DNA of 64,000 nt from Octopus bimaculoides. Lineage: Eukaryota. Both the position numbers and the translations under genes were made by a program. How positions within the stretch are numbered: the stretch's first letter is position 1; the number at the start of each line of letters is the position of its first letter. Below are positions 47,933 through 63,170 of this stretch, piece after piece. Under the pieces are notes generated by a model. The model searched no databases. It saw only the letters and a program-made list of their open reading frames with translations, and was not told the origin of the DNA. The stretch spans positions 128,951,554 through 129,015,553 of the forward strand of contig NC_068981.1 of assembly GCF_001194135.2 (NCBI RefSeq), given 5' to 3'.

Positions 47933-50900
47933 AAGAAAAAGCTAAAAACTTAGAAGCAAAACCATGAAAATTTCATTCCTATCTAACTTCAATTATAAAT
48001 ATATAAAGAAAATATCCAGAACAATCAACAACAAAGAATTCATTCACTTCAGTGTTGATACAAAACCAAAATGATATTCAATCACCATAATTTAACTATT
48101 TTAATAAAAATTTCAACAAATAATGTTATATAAACGCAGAATTGGGGAGTTTCTGACAATGTTTATGATTCCAATAGGAAATACAACCTATACAGCCTGA
48201 ATATCAACTCAAACTATTTAAGACACATCAGAAAATTAACTCCAACATTGTTTATAATGACTCCATGTTTTCATTATGCAATCACAGATTAGCCCAACAA
48301 ATTCAGATATTGCATGAAATATCAAAAGAATGGTTGGTTGGTTGTTCCTAATACCAAACATATTACACACTATTTTATTCTATATCTCACACAAGACTTT
48401 GCCCTCTCCATTTCCTCGGTGTTGACATGAACAGAACAAGTCAGCAAACCTACGACAAAAATATGGTCTGTATCAAATATATTTAACTGGTCAGTAATTA
48501 GCAGTTATTTAAGAATGTCAAAAAAGTGGGACATGAAATAAAAGGAATCTAAGACACAATACTAACTAAAAATTTAAAACATTACCAAAGAAATATACTT
48601 GTTTAAATTGAAGGTTAGTAGCAAAAATTATCTTTCTTTTTTGGTACACTAAAGGAGGGGAAATAACAAAGCAGTTGAAAAAATTTTAAATCTTACATCA
48701 TTTTAGCAATGCAATGCAATGCATAAAAATCTACAATTATTATCTTATCCTTTATACTTATATATCTGAAGGGATTTTACTGAACAAATTTGTATGCTTA
48801 AGTTAAGGCAATAAGTGGAAGAATTACGTCAGTTATATAATGCAGTGTTTTTCCAACTCTCTGTACCAAGTTCAAATACTGCCATGATCAACTTTGCTTT
48901 CCATCTTTTCAAAATAAAATAAAATACTAATTTAGTGAAGAGAATTTTTCCTTTCTCTTTCTCCTTGGACTATAACTGTAATTCAAACAGTTCAGTTCTA
49001 TCACACCATGTCACACTGAATTAAGACTATGTGTCTGTAGAATATTCTGCTATTCACAAGTAGGGATTCAACTGTAGATTGAACAATTGATTGCTCATCA
49101 TGACAAATAGGGGATATGGCACCTAAAGGTCTGACAATAAAAATGACACTCATATATCAATTAGAGCATGACAAAATTGGGTTGGCTCAAAACATTGGTT
49201 GGAGCCATCAAATACACATCAGCAGACCAGTATTTAAACTTCAGGTGCACTGCAACTTCATAACACTTCCTCCCTCCGCATATTAATTAGTCTACAAAAT
49301 CCTTATACTCTCTTAAAAAATGTCAACTTGCACAAGTGAATTTACAGGACATTCAATTCCAAACTTGATCCATAAATTTTTTAAAGCATTGAATCATCTT
49401 ATATACTATAGAACTACATTTCTGAATAAAACACATCAATACTTTGTGAGTTTAGATGTGATTATAACAATTACGAAAAAGCCTTAGTTATATATCAAAG
49501 AATGTATTGTAATATTTGATACTTCCAAAGATAATTTTTTTTTTTTAATGGCTCACTTTCTTCTACTTTTGAAAATTCAAAATATTTAAATTTAGGGAAA
49601 AGCAAACCAATGATCTATTGGTTCTTTGGAACTTAGTTTCAACATTATATCAAGTGATCCAAGATAGAAAATATTAATAAAAAAATTAAACACATTATTG
49701 CCATAATCTAGCTGTAAAAACACACAAACACTCAATCTGTATTTTAATGATGACTAGATTATCAGTAAAACATGTTCAACTGCTCATAATCTCCTAAACA
49801 TATTACAAATACAGAAAACCACTGCCTCCACTTGTTCTAGACAAGCACAAAATAAGTCATCAAATTTCACTCCTAGCTCAAAATCTGTATAGGCATTTTA
49901 ACCCCATAACAAATGCAAAGGAACTGCCAGTTATACTCATTACCAAACCTACCGACATTCTTTAACATCCCAACTTGTTACAATGAATCCTACATAACTA
50001 AAACCACTGCATAATGGAAAAGGTTAAGTCACCAGTGAAGCTCATGTAAATAGCGAGCAAATGTCCCTCAAATCATACTCTACTGTCATATATACAAAAA
50101 TGTGTGATTACAGCTTTTTATCATGGGTCTGCTCAATTAAGGCTGATCTAGGCTTAACATTTTGAGCCATATCCAACCCAAATATTCTACTGTTTTATGT
50201 TCAAACAAACCAGATCCAGCCTCTCACATCTACTCTACAATGTCATTCTAAAAATAATAGCATTATGAAAATATCAAGTTAAGAGATAATGCAAGATTAA
50301 TTCAAAACAATGAATAAATAAACATCATTACATTTGACAGAGTAATCTGAATGCCAAATGTTTAAGACACAAATAATCAAGCACAAATCAACTGAGCTAC
50401 TGAACAATTAAGCTGCTTATTTACATATTAAAGACATAACTAAATTGTATTTTATAGTGGTTTTCACAAAATTGCTGTTTAACAGAAATGAAAGATAAAG
50501 AAAAAACTATTTTGGTAATTAATTAAATAACCAGTGTAATAAACAATGGTGAGTTAAGACAATGACATATCCCACTTGAAATGCCGTTATATTTTAGCTA
50601 TGTTGGTACTTCCATTAAATAAAATAGCAGCTTCACAAGAATCAAGATGTTATTGCCAGGGAAAAGCAAATTTTAAAACCCAGCCAATCAGTAGTGCACA
50701 GTTCTAACAAATAGAAACAATGATGGGCCAAATCCTTTGTTTTGAAGCTCATGTATCAGTTAGCATTAAACCTTTCTGAAATTAATAAAATAAGTACCCT
50801 ACATCATGTTACTTGTTAGTCTCCCTTACAAAATATAACTGAATTCAAACCTAAAATTCAGAAATAAATATTTTCCTAATTAGTATTACTTGAACAGTAA

Positions 50901-53490
50901 ACAAGTTACTGAACCAATTGTTTAGCAGTTCAACATGCTCTGTTATATGTGTGATTTGAGGAAAATTTGGCTGCTGCCTATAACAGGTCAAGCAACCAAA
51001 CAGAAGCCCCTTTAAAGTAATTTTTGCTCAACTAAAAATATGTAAACAATAAAAAGATGACAAATCTACATGTTTAAGACACTGTTCAATATTTTAATCA
51101 TCAAAACAGTTATTAATGGTAAATATTAACCAATTCTTGGACAATAGTTTCTGGTTGCTTGGATACACATTTAAATTAATAAATTAAAGCAAAATACAAG
51201 TTAGAGAGGCAACGTGTTGAGACACCATTTCACCATGATATATGCATAGACAAGCAGTGGGAAAAGCTTTGTAGTTGCTGGAACATATAATCTAATGTCT
51301 TATAAGAGAACAATAGGACAATACACTCCTAGGTATACAGAGTGATCATAACTGGAACAACTGGATCAAAGGTTTGCTCAACTATGGTTGACTTAGTGCT
51401 AAGCAGCCACATGCTTCATCACCTCACTAATCTGAAGCATAGACTGCATATAGGATGAAATACAAAAATCTTAAATCCATTATTTCTATCTGCTTTGGCA
51501 CATTGACTAAATATGATACATATAAACATTTTTACCCATGCAATATCAAAAGCTGACACTCTTCACAGGAATTACTTATTAAAAATGTCACCTTCAACCT
51601 GAATCTACAGGGTCAATGCTCTTAACTTGCTCTAGCATTAATCATACAACCCTTATTGAATAGAACATGCAAAATACTTGTCAATTCTAGTGGTGGTTGT
51701 TGCCATCGCCAACAGATTAAGGTATGCGGGTGCCTACATTGTGTGAGGTAGGTTTGGCTAACACAATGCAAGAATGTGAGCTATCACTTCCTTGACTACT
51801 TGCCACGTGCTATAATGATTTGGTCACCCATGAAGTCATACAGTTCTTACCATTTAGCAAGCCAACCCATTTTACAAAAAAGATTACAAAAGAATTTGAT
51901 CCCAGTTGGAAAGAAGAAACAAAAATTGAATGGCAAAATTGTAAAACAACTGGATATAAAATCTCTTTCCTATCTGAATATGGTTGACAAAATAATCTCA
52001 ATATGTGGTAACAGAAGCCATTTAGGGTTAGCAAGAAAAAGGAATTTATACTTCTAAGTCGTACCCTTATAAAAAGTGATCAAGTGCATTAAGAAATTCA
52101 TTAGTGTGGAAAACTATATTTACTGTCCTCTAAAAAATTCCCATAATCTAACAAGTATTATTCACTTTCACGAAAATAAATCAAAAGCAATAAATGGGCT
52201 AAAATTTGTAAACAAAGTTAATTTATTCACCAGCTGATAAACTAATTAGCTGATAATTGGTAAGTTTCCTTCGAAGATGATATTGGCTTCAGTTTGAAAT
52301 AATTATGCCACAGTTATGAATCCAAATATCTTTTTTAAAGCTTATTTTCAGATAAAATACTTTTAATTGCTAGTTACTTTTTTTTAGATATATAAAATAA
52401 CCATTTAGCCTTCAATAATAGATATCTGGAATATAAAACCAGTTGATAAAAGAGATATTTCAAATCCCTCCAAAGAGTACACATTCTTCTGAGTGTAGGT
52501 ATGATTGTACAGTTTTAATTTCACTTTGCAACCACAAGGTTCCAGTTTCAATCACCTTTTTGTTTTCCCTGCACTGTGAGCAAGTTTGCTTGGGTTGTTG
52601 ATCAATATATCAAGAATAGAATTTGATAGACAAAAACCATGCAGAAATTATTTGTGTTGTTCCATTATTAGCGAAAAAAGAGATTACTAGATCATGAATT
52701 AAGTGTTAATATGATGACCCTTGAAGGCACCCAAACTAAAACCAATAACAGAATATAATACCAAATGCTTGTCACAAGTTGCTGTTTTAAATCTTGTGTG
52801 GATACACTACCTACTGCTAAGACTACACACCCAATTCTTGCTTAGTAATTATGTGAGTGCCTGCCAATGAGTAAATAAGGTGTATATGGCTAACCAACAT
52901 TTTTAAGGTTCAAAAGAAAGCCTTCATGAAAGTCAATCAAAATACTTACTGAAATGACCAATCCACCATCTACAATTAGGAGTTTGTCATGTTTAAGCAC
53001 TAATGATGAAAGTACTTTTGAGCAAACAATTGACTATTCTTAACACTGATGTATCAACAGTTCACCCTTTAGCATTCAAATTAGCTGAGATTTCGATGAT
53101 GTGGTTGTGTAGTTTTAGAATGATATTGCTGGGTAGGTGTGAGAGGCCAGATCTAGCTGGTTTGAACATAAAACAGAATATTTGAGCTGAATGTAGCTGG
53201 TTCAAATGCTTATTCCATTCTATTTCTTTGTTCCGTAAGTCAACTTCTAGGTTGCTAGATATTCTTGCTTCTCATTATTACTATTTTCATTTAATGAATG
53301 CCTGCAACATTCTCATATCATATACAATCACTTTCCAAAACCATAAGTTATATAACATCTTTTGGTTTCATGAATATTTATGACCAATATTCCTCAATCA
53401 CCATTACAATCTACATCTACTTAGTTACTAATGTCATTGAGAAAAGAACAAAATAATTTTTCACTTTTTAGTTTCCTACCTCATAGTTCA

Positions 53491-53755
53491 TTGTCGTTTA
53501 ACGTCCGCTTTCCATGCTAGCATGGGTTGGACGATTTGACTGAGGACTGGTGGACCAAGAGGCAACACCAGGCTCCAATCTGATTTGGCAGAGTTTCTAC
53601 AGTTGGATGCCCTTCCTAACGCCAACCACTCCGAGAGTGTAGTGGGTGCTTTTACGTGCCACCAGCACGAGGGCCAGTCAGGCGGTACTGGCGACGGCCA
53701 CGCTCAAAATGGTGTATTTTACGTGCCACCTGCACAGGAGCCAGTCCATCGGCAC
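53491..53755 (-). mobile_element. RTE 3' UTR copy
   Basis: Same tail family as 1-245. Confidence 0.85.
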
Positions 53756-54539
53756 AAATTTAAGATATGTGTCAAATTTTCATAAATTTTAGAATTTCAT
53801 TTGCCTGAGCACTTTACTGGAAACAGTCATAACAGTTTCGGCTGACCCCCAATAGTGTGTCTGTCTCACCAAGAACTTAACACAGAACAAATTCAAGGTC
53901 TTCTCAAAGATTGTATAGTAACAACAAGGTGACTCCCAATTTGCAACATTCAGGTGAACGTAGAAAAGAGTAGTAGTTTTGCCACAGGTACTGCAGGTAT
54001 AAATAAAACATACCAAGTTTTTCATAGAGAAAAACGATTATCAGTATATGTAGAAAGCAACGGCAATTTGCAGGACAATGGAATTATCATCCTCTGTACA
54101 TAATAGAGGACAGGATTACAACCCATCAGAGTTGAATGGCAGTACATATTTGACATAGAACAAAGAGGTGACACATTCTTCCTGCCCGTAACAGCCAAAG
54201 TAGACCAGAGATATAATAAAGTATACCAAATTGCAGTTGTTTTATAGTTGTCCTGAACAGAATTTTTACTAGCTTATACTAGTTGTATTGAAGATTTTTT
54301 ATAATTCTAACTCAGCCTAAGACCCAAATAATCTAAACCATTCTTTTACGATTTAATTCTATTTTAAGTCTTTCAACAAGACGTCAATAGTATGTAATAT
54401 GAAGGATATAGTAATCCATATTTGAAGGATCCTAGCTAAGAAATCAAATGTGTCATAGCAAGACTAAGAGAGAGAATAGAAAATAAACATCAATCTTATA
54501 ACCCTATGAATACAAAGTTTTTGTCTTAAATGTAAATCT

Positions 54540-54903
54540 TAAGTTGGCTCAAACATATATGCTGAGACCCCCTTCGGTCATGACTGACCATGGGATTGCA
54601 CCTAGAAAGTTACACTTCCAGGCACAAGTCATGAGTCCAGCCAAGGTTGTTTATGGAAGACCAGCAGTCGCCCATGCATACCGGTCTCCCCTCTCCACAC
54701 CACCAGTGTTATCCAAGGGAAAGGCAAAGGTCGATACAGCTTGGCACCTGTGACATCACAACTCATTTCTACAGCTGAGTAAACTGGAGCAACATGAAAT
54801 AAAGTGTCGTGCTCAAGAACACAACACGCAGCCCGGTCCGGGATTCGAACTCACAACCTCTCGATCATAAGCTTGACGCTCTAACCACTGAGCCATGCAC
54901 CTT
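54540..54903 (-). mobile_element. tRNA-derived SINE
   Basis: Minus strand has A box TGGCTCAGTGG and B box GTTCGAATCC, followed by a non-tRNA body. Confidence 0.8.
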
Positions 54904-55174
54904 TANNNNNNNNNNNNNNNNNNNNNNNNNNNNNNNNNNNNNNNNNNNNNNNNNNNNNNNNNNNNNNNNNNNNNNNNNNNNNNNNNNNNNNNNNNNNNNN
55001 NNNNNNNNNNNNNNNNNNNNNNNNNNNNNNNNNNNNNNNNNNNNNNNNNNNNNNNNNNNNNNNNNNNNNNNNNNNNNNNNNNNNNNNNNNNNNNNNNNNN
55101 NNNNNNNNNNNNNNNNNNNNNNNNNNNNNNNNNNNNNNNNNNNNNNNNNNNNNNNNNNNNNTCAATATAATTAT

Positions 55175-55580
55175 GCTAAAGGTTTCGAGATGATATCCCA
55201 ACCAATCTGTGTGGCACTCCGTCGCTTACGACGTCGAGGGTTCCAGTTGATCCGATCAACGGAACAGCCTGCTTGTGAAATTAACGTGCAAGTGGCTGAG
55301 CACTCCACAGACACGTGTACCCCAAACGTAGTTCTTGGGAATATTCAGCGTGACAAGGCTGACCCTTTGAATTACAGGCACAACAGAAACAGGAAGTAAG
55401 AGTGAGGGAAAGTTGTGGTGGAAGAGTACAGTAGGGTTCGCCACCATCCCCTGCCGGAGCCTTGTGGAGCTTTAGGTGTTTTCGCTCAATAAACACTCAC
55501 AACGCCCGATCTGGAAATCGAAACCGCGATCCTATGACCGCGAGTCCGCTGCCCTAACCACTAGGCCATTGCACCTTCAC
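55175..55580 (-). mobile_element. tRNA-derived SINE (second family)
   Basis: Minus strand has TGGCCTAGTGG and GTTTCGATTTCC pol III boxes and a CpG-rich body. Confidence 0.75.
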
Positions 55581-55639
55581 AACCCAACTAATAAATATTG
55601 ATTAATTAAGAGAAAAACAAGCAGACTGAATGGAAGAAA

Positions 55640-55930
55640 AAGATTTAAACTTTAGAAAACATAACTACAACCATGAAGTTTCAGGTTCAGTCTCATTGCA
55701 CAGCACCTTGGACAATTACCTTCTATTATAGCCCCAGGACAACCAATGTTTTGAGTGAATGTGGTTGCCAGAAACTGTACAAAAACCCATTGCGTGTGTG
55801 TGTGTCTCCATAGCGACATTTGACAATCAGTGTTGGCTTGGTTACATCCCAGTAATTCAGTGGTTCAGCAAAACAAACCAATAGAATCAGTGCCAGACTT
55901 CAAAAAAAAAATTGGGGGTGAATTTGTTCA
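55640..55930 (+). mobile_element. Degenerate SINE
   Basis: Homologous to 25222-25340 and 15455-15750. Confidence 0.6.
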
Positions 55931-58900
55931 ACTAAACTAGTCTAAACATATTTAGCCTGTAACTCATAGCCAGTAATAATCACTGGTTAGAAATAGCTAC
56001 CAAATCTCACCCAAATTACATTCTAAAAAAATGCAGTGGATAATACCATACAAGGCAGCAAAAATGCTTTAATTAAAAATCTACTAAAATAAGGATGATT
56101 TCAGGTAAAACAATAGAAACTGTTCAAATCATGTACAAACAAAATCTAATTTTGATCCTTTTTCAAGTAAATGCCAGCCATGATATACATGTAACTATAC
56201 ACTATTAATGTTATACTATAAAAAGGTTGGTTTTCAACTAGTGTAGAGTAGCAGAAAATGCCTTTTGGTACCAACCCACCTCAGACTGCCCCTGATTTTA
56301 TAACTTCCTACTTTATGACACAAACTTCCTGTTTTAAAGTGATCTAGCATAAAGCCATCATATAAATTTAGGATTCAAACACCAGCTTAATATTGAAATT
56401 TTTATTTTGTTAAATTCATTATTTTTAAAACTAACTGAAACAAAGACTGTATTTCAACAAAAATATAGTAAGAAATGGGTTCAGTTAAATGATTTATTCT
56501 ACTCTACCATTCTCCCACATAACTAGTCACAATTACATGTAATATACCATATTTTTACAAGTCCTATTATATCTAAGAGAAAACATTTGAAGCAGAATTT
56601 TTTTTTCTGGGAAAAGAACTTTAAACTCTTAATTCACTTAGTCATTAATACTTTGTATTTTCTGATAATGTTTAAGGTTTTTCAGTATTGGTCATTGTTT
56701 CAAGCTTTGCAAGAGACATCCAGTTGAATATAATTTCACTTGTTTTATCCTACCCATCAGGTTAAATAATAACTACTTTCAGTTTACAATCAGTGGAAAT
56801 TAGGAAAGCTGCTGGCTGGAATTTCAACCAATACTACAATTAATATTAACTTGTAGTTAAGTTCAAATCATTTGGAAAATTCATTTCAAAATCATAATAT
56901 CATACAATTAACTTCATCTTACTGTAACTGAGAGAAAATTGATCTTTGGAATAGTATTTCTAAATTCCATAAATAAATTTTTAAAATTTCTTAACATGTC
57001 AGAGGTACTGACAAAATATTTTGTGTTGTTTGGTTACATGCTTATGCTAAGTCTCAACTTCTCCTTTCCAAGATTGATAAATCTTTCTACTAAAGATACA
57101 AGGCCTGAAATTTTGGAAGCAGGGCTAAGTCGATTACATCAACCCCAGTGGTCAACTTATATACTTATTTTATCAAACCCCAAAAGGATGAAAGACAAGG
57201 TCAACCTCAGCAGAATTTAAACTCAGAACATGAAGCTGGAAGAAATCTTAGATTCAGTGAGTTATAACTTAGAAGACATTTCCCCAGCATGGTCTCACAG
57301 TCCAATCATTGAATGAAATTAAAATGTTACATTCCCCAAACTTTCAAATACAAGTGGATTTACAAAATGTGCAATAAAATTTCACAAATAGTGTGACCAT
57401 AACTTAGAATAAGGTTCGTTCTCATAACATCCTCAAAAATTTCATAGCAATGAGCTCCAACTATTTACCTAAATCTAAAGTATTTAAACTATTTTTCATC
57501 TAAATTTATTTGAAGAGTAAACTATATTTTCATATTAACTTTATAAACCACTTAGAAATAAACTGATCTTTGTAGGGGTTAAAAAAAAAAAAATGCAGGG
57601 GTGTCTAATACCAAATCATATTTCTGTAAAATTCCCAATCTTTTTAAGAAAGCAGATACAAAGCTTTGAGTTAAGTTATAAGTTGCTCAAAAAACAACTA
57701 AACATTTAAGCTTTAGCATTAAAGCAGTACTCAATACTTGAATTTTTAGTATTCTAATTAATGTGATAGCTAATAAAACAAATAAGAACAGAAAACTAGT
57801 CAAATTCCTAAGAAATTAAGTATAAGCAACTGTAGCTCAGCTTACCTCTGAGTGTTAAATATTAGGAATGGGGTTTATGTAACATAAAAAATGTGCAACA
57901 AATATTGAAACGCATATTCAACACAAATATACCAATTAGAATGTTAACTTAAAATCATTTAACAAAATCAACACTTGTAATCTAATTTTAAAATGAGAAT
58001 TAAGCAAAACATGAACTGGAGGGAGGTTAGTAAGTCAGAAAGAAAGCAGAAGTCAGAATAAGCCTATATTAAATGCTTATAAGGAAATTAAAATCAAACA
58101 TTGGTTATAAGCTTATTACTTAAATGTTTTGATGTACAGAAAATTTAAATATTAGATATGATGGCTTAGTAAGAAAGGGAATATCTTTCTATAAACAAGC
58201 ATGCAGACCGTTTCAAGTTCAAGCCAAAGAAAAATGCATGCTGTCTTCAATGAAATATATTTTATTAGCCATAAGTCTTTTAACCAAATTTCCAAATATA
58301 ATTGAAACATCTGATTAATTTCATAAAGAATGCAATATAATATATATAATTATATAATGTATATATTTCAGTTTAAATTTATTAAAATTAATATTTCCTA
58401 TTTAATTTTATCAGTCTTAAAATCTATGGGAAAAAAATTTAACCAAGTGCAACTCTGGATGCAAAAAATAAGCAACCCAGCCAAAAATATTCATCTAAGT
58501 AACAACTAAAATCTAAAAGCAGTGTTACAATAAAACTTGGATAATAAGATAAACAGACTAATAGCAATAGCAAAATAAAATATATTTATATTAATAACAA
58601 AAGGAAACAATCTGCAAACCAGTTCTATGCTACTTGTCAGCTCCAGTTCAATAAATTACTTTTAGACAGCAAGACTTTTTTTCAATTACTTTTAAGGTGG
58701 ACCTTACCAAATGTGCAAAGCAGGAAATAGAATTGAATAGAGCCATTAGACAAATTAGAAAGATAATATAGCAATAGGACAACCTAATGCAAACAAAATT
58801 GGTATCGTACCAATTCTATTAGATGTGCCAAGACAGAAGGAATAAAAAATAGTGACTGGTAACTGTACATTAATATTCCAAGAGCAATATGCATTGGAAA

Positions 58901-59162
58901 TTAACAATCATTGTTAATGGGTTGGCATAGGCACACCACAAACCAGTGGAAACATTAGGAGAGGAAGTAGAGCTTGAAAAGGAGCAAAGCATTGATTCAA
59001 TGTGAAATGGGAGTTCTAAAGTAACAGCTATCTATTTATAAAGGGTTTTTACTTGCTTTTAGGAAAAATTTGGACTAAGATGTTATACAACTTTAAGGAA
59101 AAAAATTAACACAATAGAGCAGCCACTGCAGTGCATAATTTATGCAATAAGAAATTCCTCAC

Positions 59163-59215
59163 CATGCTTGGAAGAATGACCATCCACCAGTGCAGACTAG
59201 AGCCCCAGGGAGAAC
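59163..59215 (-). other. Candidate 53-nt exon
   Basis: ttgctgtccaccacag|...ATG|gtgagg inside a locally GC-richer island. Confidence 0.25.
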
Positions 59216-59489
59216 CTGTGGTGGACAGCAAAGCAGAAACTTTAGGAAAGTGGTATTTCACCCAACCAAAAACTAAATTCTGCAAATTAAAAACCAGATT
59301 GGAACAAGAGAATCCTAAAATTCTTAACATTCCTTGCCAGGAGCATGCCCAACAATTAAGAGTCTTACCAATATAGGAAATGGGATCTTGCTCATTTCTA
59401 AGTGGTGAATAAAAGAAAATATATAGTGTAATACTACTTTAACATATGTATATGTATGTGTGTATGTGTGTGTGTATATATTCATATAT

Positions 59490-59523
<34 letters not shown>

Positions 59524-61522
59524 GCATTAATGAAACAAACTCCAAATTGTTTAGTACCTTAAGGTTTGTGTAAGATTTCTAGTAAAATAAAATTTTAATA
59601 ATGAAAATTAAGGAACTTTTTTTTTTTTTTTTTTAGCAAGGCTCTTCACAAAATCAATATAATATGTATATGCAGTCATATACAGTAAAATTATTCAAAT
59701 TTCTCTTGGTAAATTTAAGTTTTAGTTGTACTAAAGATTTCCCAACACCCACAATTATTTGGTTTGAAAACAATAAATTTCTTATAAAGTACAGTATCCT
59801 TTGCCTTTAAGTTACCTAAATGCTGAAACAATTGGATAACTCTTGCATCCTGATCAAATAAATTCATCTTAAAATCTCATGGAAAAATGCAAAAATTTGT
59901 CACATTGACAATGTTTCTCAGAATTCAGACACCAACATGAATTATGCATATCATTCACATCTTTAACATGCAAGTTATCATTATTGTAAAAAAAAAAAAA
60001 AAAAAAATCAATCAAGCTTTATAATCTTAGTTCAGCAGTTTCATTAAACCAAAATTAGGGCCAGTAACCAAAACAAATAAATTGTATGAAACCCTGATAT
60101 ATCTTAATTTGTTTTTTGTTCTATTTAATCCTTATGATACCCCAAGACCTCTTTTGGTGCTGTTACAATCTTCCAGTTTTAAGTAATCATAAAACCTATT
60201 CAACTGTCATGTTAATTTATGTTCCAAATACCAGCTTAAGTTATTTTACTAAGTTTATTAATTTCAAAATTAACTAAATTAAAGGTAGTGTATTTCAACT
60301 GAAATATAGTAACAAGAGGGTTACATTCAAAATTTAGATAACCTGCCACAAGTGTTGAGTTTTGTTAAAGATGTTAAAATCCTTAAAGGTAAATGTTAGT
60401 CTTCAGAAACCAGTGACAACTACATCTGAAATATTACCCCACACATGCTTTAATTACAAATCACACCTTAAACTTGTAATTTCTCTTAACAGTTGAAGCT
60501 GGTATAAATTACAGAAGAAACTTTAGCCCAATTATTAGTCACTGCGGTTCTTTTTGTACTCCACACCCATTTCAGCATTGAGATAGTGTCATATAACCAT
60601 TTTTGGAGCATGCCAAGTATATTCATCTTGACTATATTCAATGTTTAAAATTTCGGAAGTGTATAAATTTATCTTAAAGACATTTAATGGAGGACTGATT
60701 CGTTTAGAATTAGGGCTAACTAATGCATAAGAGTGTATTTAACGTTTAATTTCCAACTATATATATATATATTTTTTTTTGTGCAAGTGTTTTCTTATAC
60801 AGCAGCTTTCTGATACTGGAGAGTGACAATATGTACATAGCAGCATATAGTTTGTTTCTGAGATGAAATCAATGCACAACAGTGTTGTAGTTCATCAGAA
60901 ACAAACAGTGACAATAAACAAAAATACAATATAAAAGGTAAACCAAAAGCCCACAAGACTATTGGAATCCCTTTTAAACAAAAGAGCAGCAACAAGTAAA
61001 TCCAAATTAACTCAATCAGTGGCTATGATAAAAAAAAAAAGAGATTAAAATTATCTATCATCTAACTTATAGAAACACCCATCCTCAAAGTGTAGTGCCT
61101 GTATAAATATGAAATTAATGTAAATCAAAAACACACCAGAAAACATCTAAGTAAAATACATAAAAAAACAAAAACCTTTATAATAAACTATTAGCTAAAA
61201 TTAGTAGAAAAAATATTTTAACACCACAAAGAGCAAAAATTTAATAAGTAAACTGGTATAATCTGTTACTGTCTAACCCTTTAATCTACACAAAGGATAT
61301 AAAAGTGTAAATAGCAAAATAATTTTGTATAATTTGGATTTACTTGTAGCAAAATGAATATGAATGTTTTTAGGTCTGTGATGAGGCAGAAGACCAAGTG
61401 ACTGAAATAACAGATACCTAATGTTGCATTGTATGTACAATAGCAAATGCAGCATTAGATAAACCTGTAATTTCTTTAAAACAAAGTCTCCTACCACATC
61501 ACAACCACTAACTGTCACATAC

Positions 61523-61623
61523 CAAATCTTTATAATGGCTTTTACTCTTTGTTAGCACTGCCAGGTGTCTTGCTGCTTTACAAGAAATATTTCCCAACCT
61601 TCTCGGCTTCTTTTCTCGTGAAC
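61523..61623 (-). other. Candidate 101-nt exon (coding or UTR status unresolved)
   Basis: Branch-like CTAAT, pyrimidine tract, aaatag| acceptor and TTG|gtatgt donor. One frame is open throughout (SREKKPRRLGNISCKAARHL...). Confidence 0.35.
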
Positions 61624-62142
61624 CTATTTAAAAATGTGTTGGTGGCAGAAGAGGGAAAAATAAAGAAAATATTAGACTGTCAGCAAGTGTATAGAACTTG
61701 GGGTAAAGCCGGTACTTAGACACTGACTAGCAAACCAACCAACTTACACCCAACTTATGTAAGTGGCTGAAAACAGTTACTTTTAGAAAAATTAATTTTT
61801 TTCTTCTTTAGAAAGCTTGTTGAAGTAAGCAGAGCTCAACTCCTTTCTCAACAGTTTCAAAACAAGCCATTCGTAATACTTTGAAAACAAAATTTTTTTT
61901 TAATTTCAGATCCATTTGCTTCAATGTCAGTAACATGTGAATGCTTCATCAGCATCTTTTCCCTACAGATTCACCCCAAGATCAATATAAACATGGAAAC
62001 AAAAGTAAATTACATTATGAGCAATGTTAAAATGACTGAAAAATCATTTTGACATTTTCTTTTCATAATATGAATTAAAACTTCACTTACGGAATATGTG
62101 CATCCCTAAATATATATACTTTTTATATTCACATGTGCATGC

Positions 62143-62190
<48 letters not shown>

Positions 62191-63170
62191 NNNNNNNNNN
62201 NNNNNNNNNNNNNNNNNNNNNNNNNNNNNNNNNNNNNNNNNNNNNNNNNNNNNNNNNNNNNNNNNNNNNNNNNNNNNNNNNNNNNNNNNNNNNNNNNNNN
62301 NNNNNNNNNNNNNNNNNNNNNNNNNNNNNNNNNNNNNNNNNNNNNNNNNNNNNNNNNNNNNNNNNNNNNNNNNNNNNNNNNNNNNNNNNNNNNNNNNNNN
62401 NNNNNNNNNNNNNNNNNNNNNNNNNNNNNNNNNNNNNNNNNNNNNNNNNNNNNNNNNNNNNNNNNNNNNNNNNNNNNNNNNNNNNNNNNNNNNNNNNNNN
62501 NNNNNNNNNNNNNNNNNNNNNNNNNNNNNNNNNNNNNNNNNNNNNNNNNNNNNNNNNNNNNNNNNNNNNNNNNNNNNNNNNNNNNNNNNNNNNNNNNNNN
62601 NNNNNNNNNNNNNNNNNNNNNNNNNNNNNNNNNNNNNNNNNNNNNNNNNNNNNNNNNNNNNNNNNNNNNNNNNNNNNNNNNNNNNNNNNNNNNNNNNNNN
62701 NNNNNNNNNNNNNNNNNNNNNNNNNNNNNNNNNNNNNNNNNNNNNNNNNNNNNNNNNNNNNNNNNNNNNNNNNNNNNNNNNNNNNNNNNNNNNNNNNNNN
62801 NNNNNNNNNNNNNNNNNNNNNNNNNNNNNNNNNNNNNNNNNNNNNNNNNNNNNNNNNNNNNNNNNNNNNNNNNNNNNNNNNNNNNNNNNNNNNNNNNNNN
62901 NNNNNNNNNNNNNNNNNNNNNNNNNNNNNNNNNNNNNNNNNNNNNNNNNNNNNNNNNNNNNNNNNNNNNNNNNNNNNNNNNNNNNNNNNNNNNNNNNNNN
63001 NNNNNNNNNNNNNNNNNNNNNNNNNNNNNNNNNNNNNNNNNNNNNNNNNNNNNNNNNNNNNNNNNNNNNNNNNNNNNNNNNNNNNNNNNNNNNNNNNNNN
63101 NNNNNNNNNNNNNNNNNNNNNNNNNNNNNNNNNNNNNNNNNNNNNNNNNNNNNNNNNNNNNNNNNNNNNN

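Noticed and set aside
54830-55580. tRNA-like sequences with A/B boxes
   Set aside because: They continue into SINE bodies and lack a complete cloverleaf, so they are not tRNA genes.
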